NCBI GenBank assembly: GCA_973895155.1
Contig: OZ316892.1
Coordinates: 20,347,869 to 20,411,868, forward strand
Origin: Marsupella aquatica
Lineage: Eukaryota > Plantae > Marchantiophyta
DNA length: 64,000 bases
Reading direction: 5' to 3'
Part shown: positions 62,166 to 64,000 of the stretch, in pieces
Numbering within the stretch: the stretch's first letter is position 1
Layout: each line of letters starts with the position of its first letter
The notes under the pieces: model-generated
Database searches by the model: none
Told to the model about the DNA's origin: nothing
What the model saw: only the letters and a program-made list of their open reading frames with translations
Program-made: the position numbers and the translations under genes

Positions 62166-63535
62166 GCCTAATGAATTCTGCAGGAGTTGAGACGAACTTT
62201 AAATTAAATCAATTAACCGCTTTCTTGGTCGAATTAATCAATCCCGTTCCATTTAAATTTGGCGTCAGTGAATGATGTTCTATGACTCACCTATTGGAAT
62301 CCGAACTCCCTCTCAAGGAGAAAATGATTTGTAATATTTCTTCAATTAACTTAGATGAAACGCGAAGTACTGAGTAAAATGACCCAAGATCCACAAATGC
62401 GACATCCCTTTATCCTTTGACAGTGAATGCAAAAGCACCATACTGGAATGCATGCACTTGAAACAGTAATTAACGAAACTCAATCCAAACATTGCCATCT
62501 GCGTTACAGTTTTCTGCTGACAGAGATTTAATTACGGGAAAAATCTGATAGTCATACTCGCTCGTTACCATACCCATAAGTCTAATAAGTTGGGCTTCAA
62601 GTTGGCGGAAAAACACTCCGCGACTATTGACGAGTGTCCGAATTGTACTCATCTCCGACTTGGTCCAAAATTTATCTCCGAAACACATTTGAGATGAAGT
62701 TAGTATCGTGACAAGGCTAGCGAAACGCGAGTTTGCATTGCATTACACGGTTTATAAACTTTGGGAACAATGTAACCCTCCAAGGAAAAGGACTCAAACT
62801 TAGAGAACCAAATCAGCATGCCAGCATAGTTCAACATTATTTTTGTGTCAACTGGCACACCATTCTACAAGTCTCTGAAATGTTATTCAAAACAATAATG
62901 GCGTTCCTGACAGAAACCTCGTCCTCTACGATCTCAACCTCCACCTTATGAAGTGGCGGTTTGCCCTCCCCTGATACCGGCCGCTCTACAAAATTCACTG
63001 CCCTCTCCTTGCCTGCACGCGTAAAAAGGACCAGTGGATTTCCAATCGTCTGAGATGGGTTGGGGACGGCCATGCCAGATGAGTCTGGGACGAACGCTTT
63101 AGCTGATCCTGGTGCAACTAGTCGAGAGAGAGCAACATTGCATCTGTCCCCACTTCCTTGCTGGGCTGCCCATTTGTATGTAGCTTTTACAAATAAAAAT
63201 TACTAAAACCATTGCACCACACATTTCTGAACTAAAACCAGATTGTCCGGACCGTGCAACTCCCTGATGGACTTTCCACTAGGTGCAGAGTTCAACTGAA
63301 ATTGTGTCGACGCCATCCGTGTGTGTGCCTTTTTCCAGGCAGGGAGTGAATCCCACGCATCACTGAGTGCAACTCAGATGCCGTACAGAACTTATTGGAC
63401 CGAAATTCTCTACCTTAGAAAGCCCCCTATGATGAGCTGTGGCCCACACTACTCAACACTTCCTTTTTCATTCAGCTCGGTCTGCCTTCTTTTGGCCCCA
63501 CCCATCTGATGAGGAACTCATTCATTTCTAGATCA

Positions 63536-64000
63536 TGTTGAGCATAGACGACATTCGCAACGGCAAGCCCATGAACCATCCAACGCACAATAGTCGACAC
63601 AGAGAGATACGTGGTTCACCTCCACATGAGGCTACGTCCACGGGAACACACAAGAGCTTTACTGCACTCTAGGCCGATCAGCCATACCAAGCATCCACAG
63701 CACAAGCTCTCCCTATCTCTCAACTAGCTCCGTAACAATGAGCCTAAGTTCCACCAGGGTCTGGCATCAGCCCTGGCTATATGCACAACAGCACTACCGC
63801 TAACCTTAGCTAGGTCCTAACCCGAGTTAGCCTAACTGTGGTTAGCACAAGAGTCACAAGACTAGAGCAATATCTAACAAACTCCCCCTTGACTCTTGTC
63901 TTGGGGACTGGACTAAATGCAACCATATGGAATCCTCAGCGGGAAGTTCTAGACAATCACCAAAACCAGGTCTCCCCCTAAAAACCACAAGGGTTAACTA
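63536..64000 (-). mobile_element. 3' LTR (63536-63879) and PPT of a Copia-like LTR element that continues beyond the window
   Basis: On the minus strand the PPT AAGGGGGAGTT directly precedes TGTTAGATA...CTCAACA. The 3' two-thirds are highly similar to the solo LTR at 2746-3095. Confidence 0.9.

Overview
Eukaryotic nuclear DNA from a land plant, probably a non-seed plant such as a bryophyte or lycophyte (inferred from gene content, short GT-AG introns and TE types). Six host genes can be modelled with checked splice phases: the 3' end of a GH19 chitinase (+), a GPI-anchored stellacyanin-type phytocyanin (+), an intronless ER DnaJ co-chaperone of the ERdj3B type (+), a plastid biotin carboxyl carrier protein (-, 6 exons), a ~1,790-aa coiled-coil protein (-, 11 exons) and a GH17 beta-1,3-glucanase fused to an extensin-like poly-proline stalk with a GPI signal (-). 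Between them lie a full-length but dead Ty1/Copia element (3561-9577), three LTR copies of a second Copia-like family, L1-like LINE relics, a Helitron-like element, a MITE, a tRNA-Ala-derived relic and many short tandem duplications. The least explained signals are a decayed RecD-type helicase relic with a convergent decayed neighbour (61.5-63.3 kb, possibly viral or bacterial), an orphan frame with three ubiquitin-binding-like repeats (31.9-32.2 kb), a tandem duplication across a splice acceptor, and two transcript-like islands without long ORFs. All calls were made by eye and no database search was run. No CRISPR array, rRNA or intact tRNA was seen.
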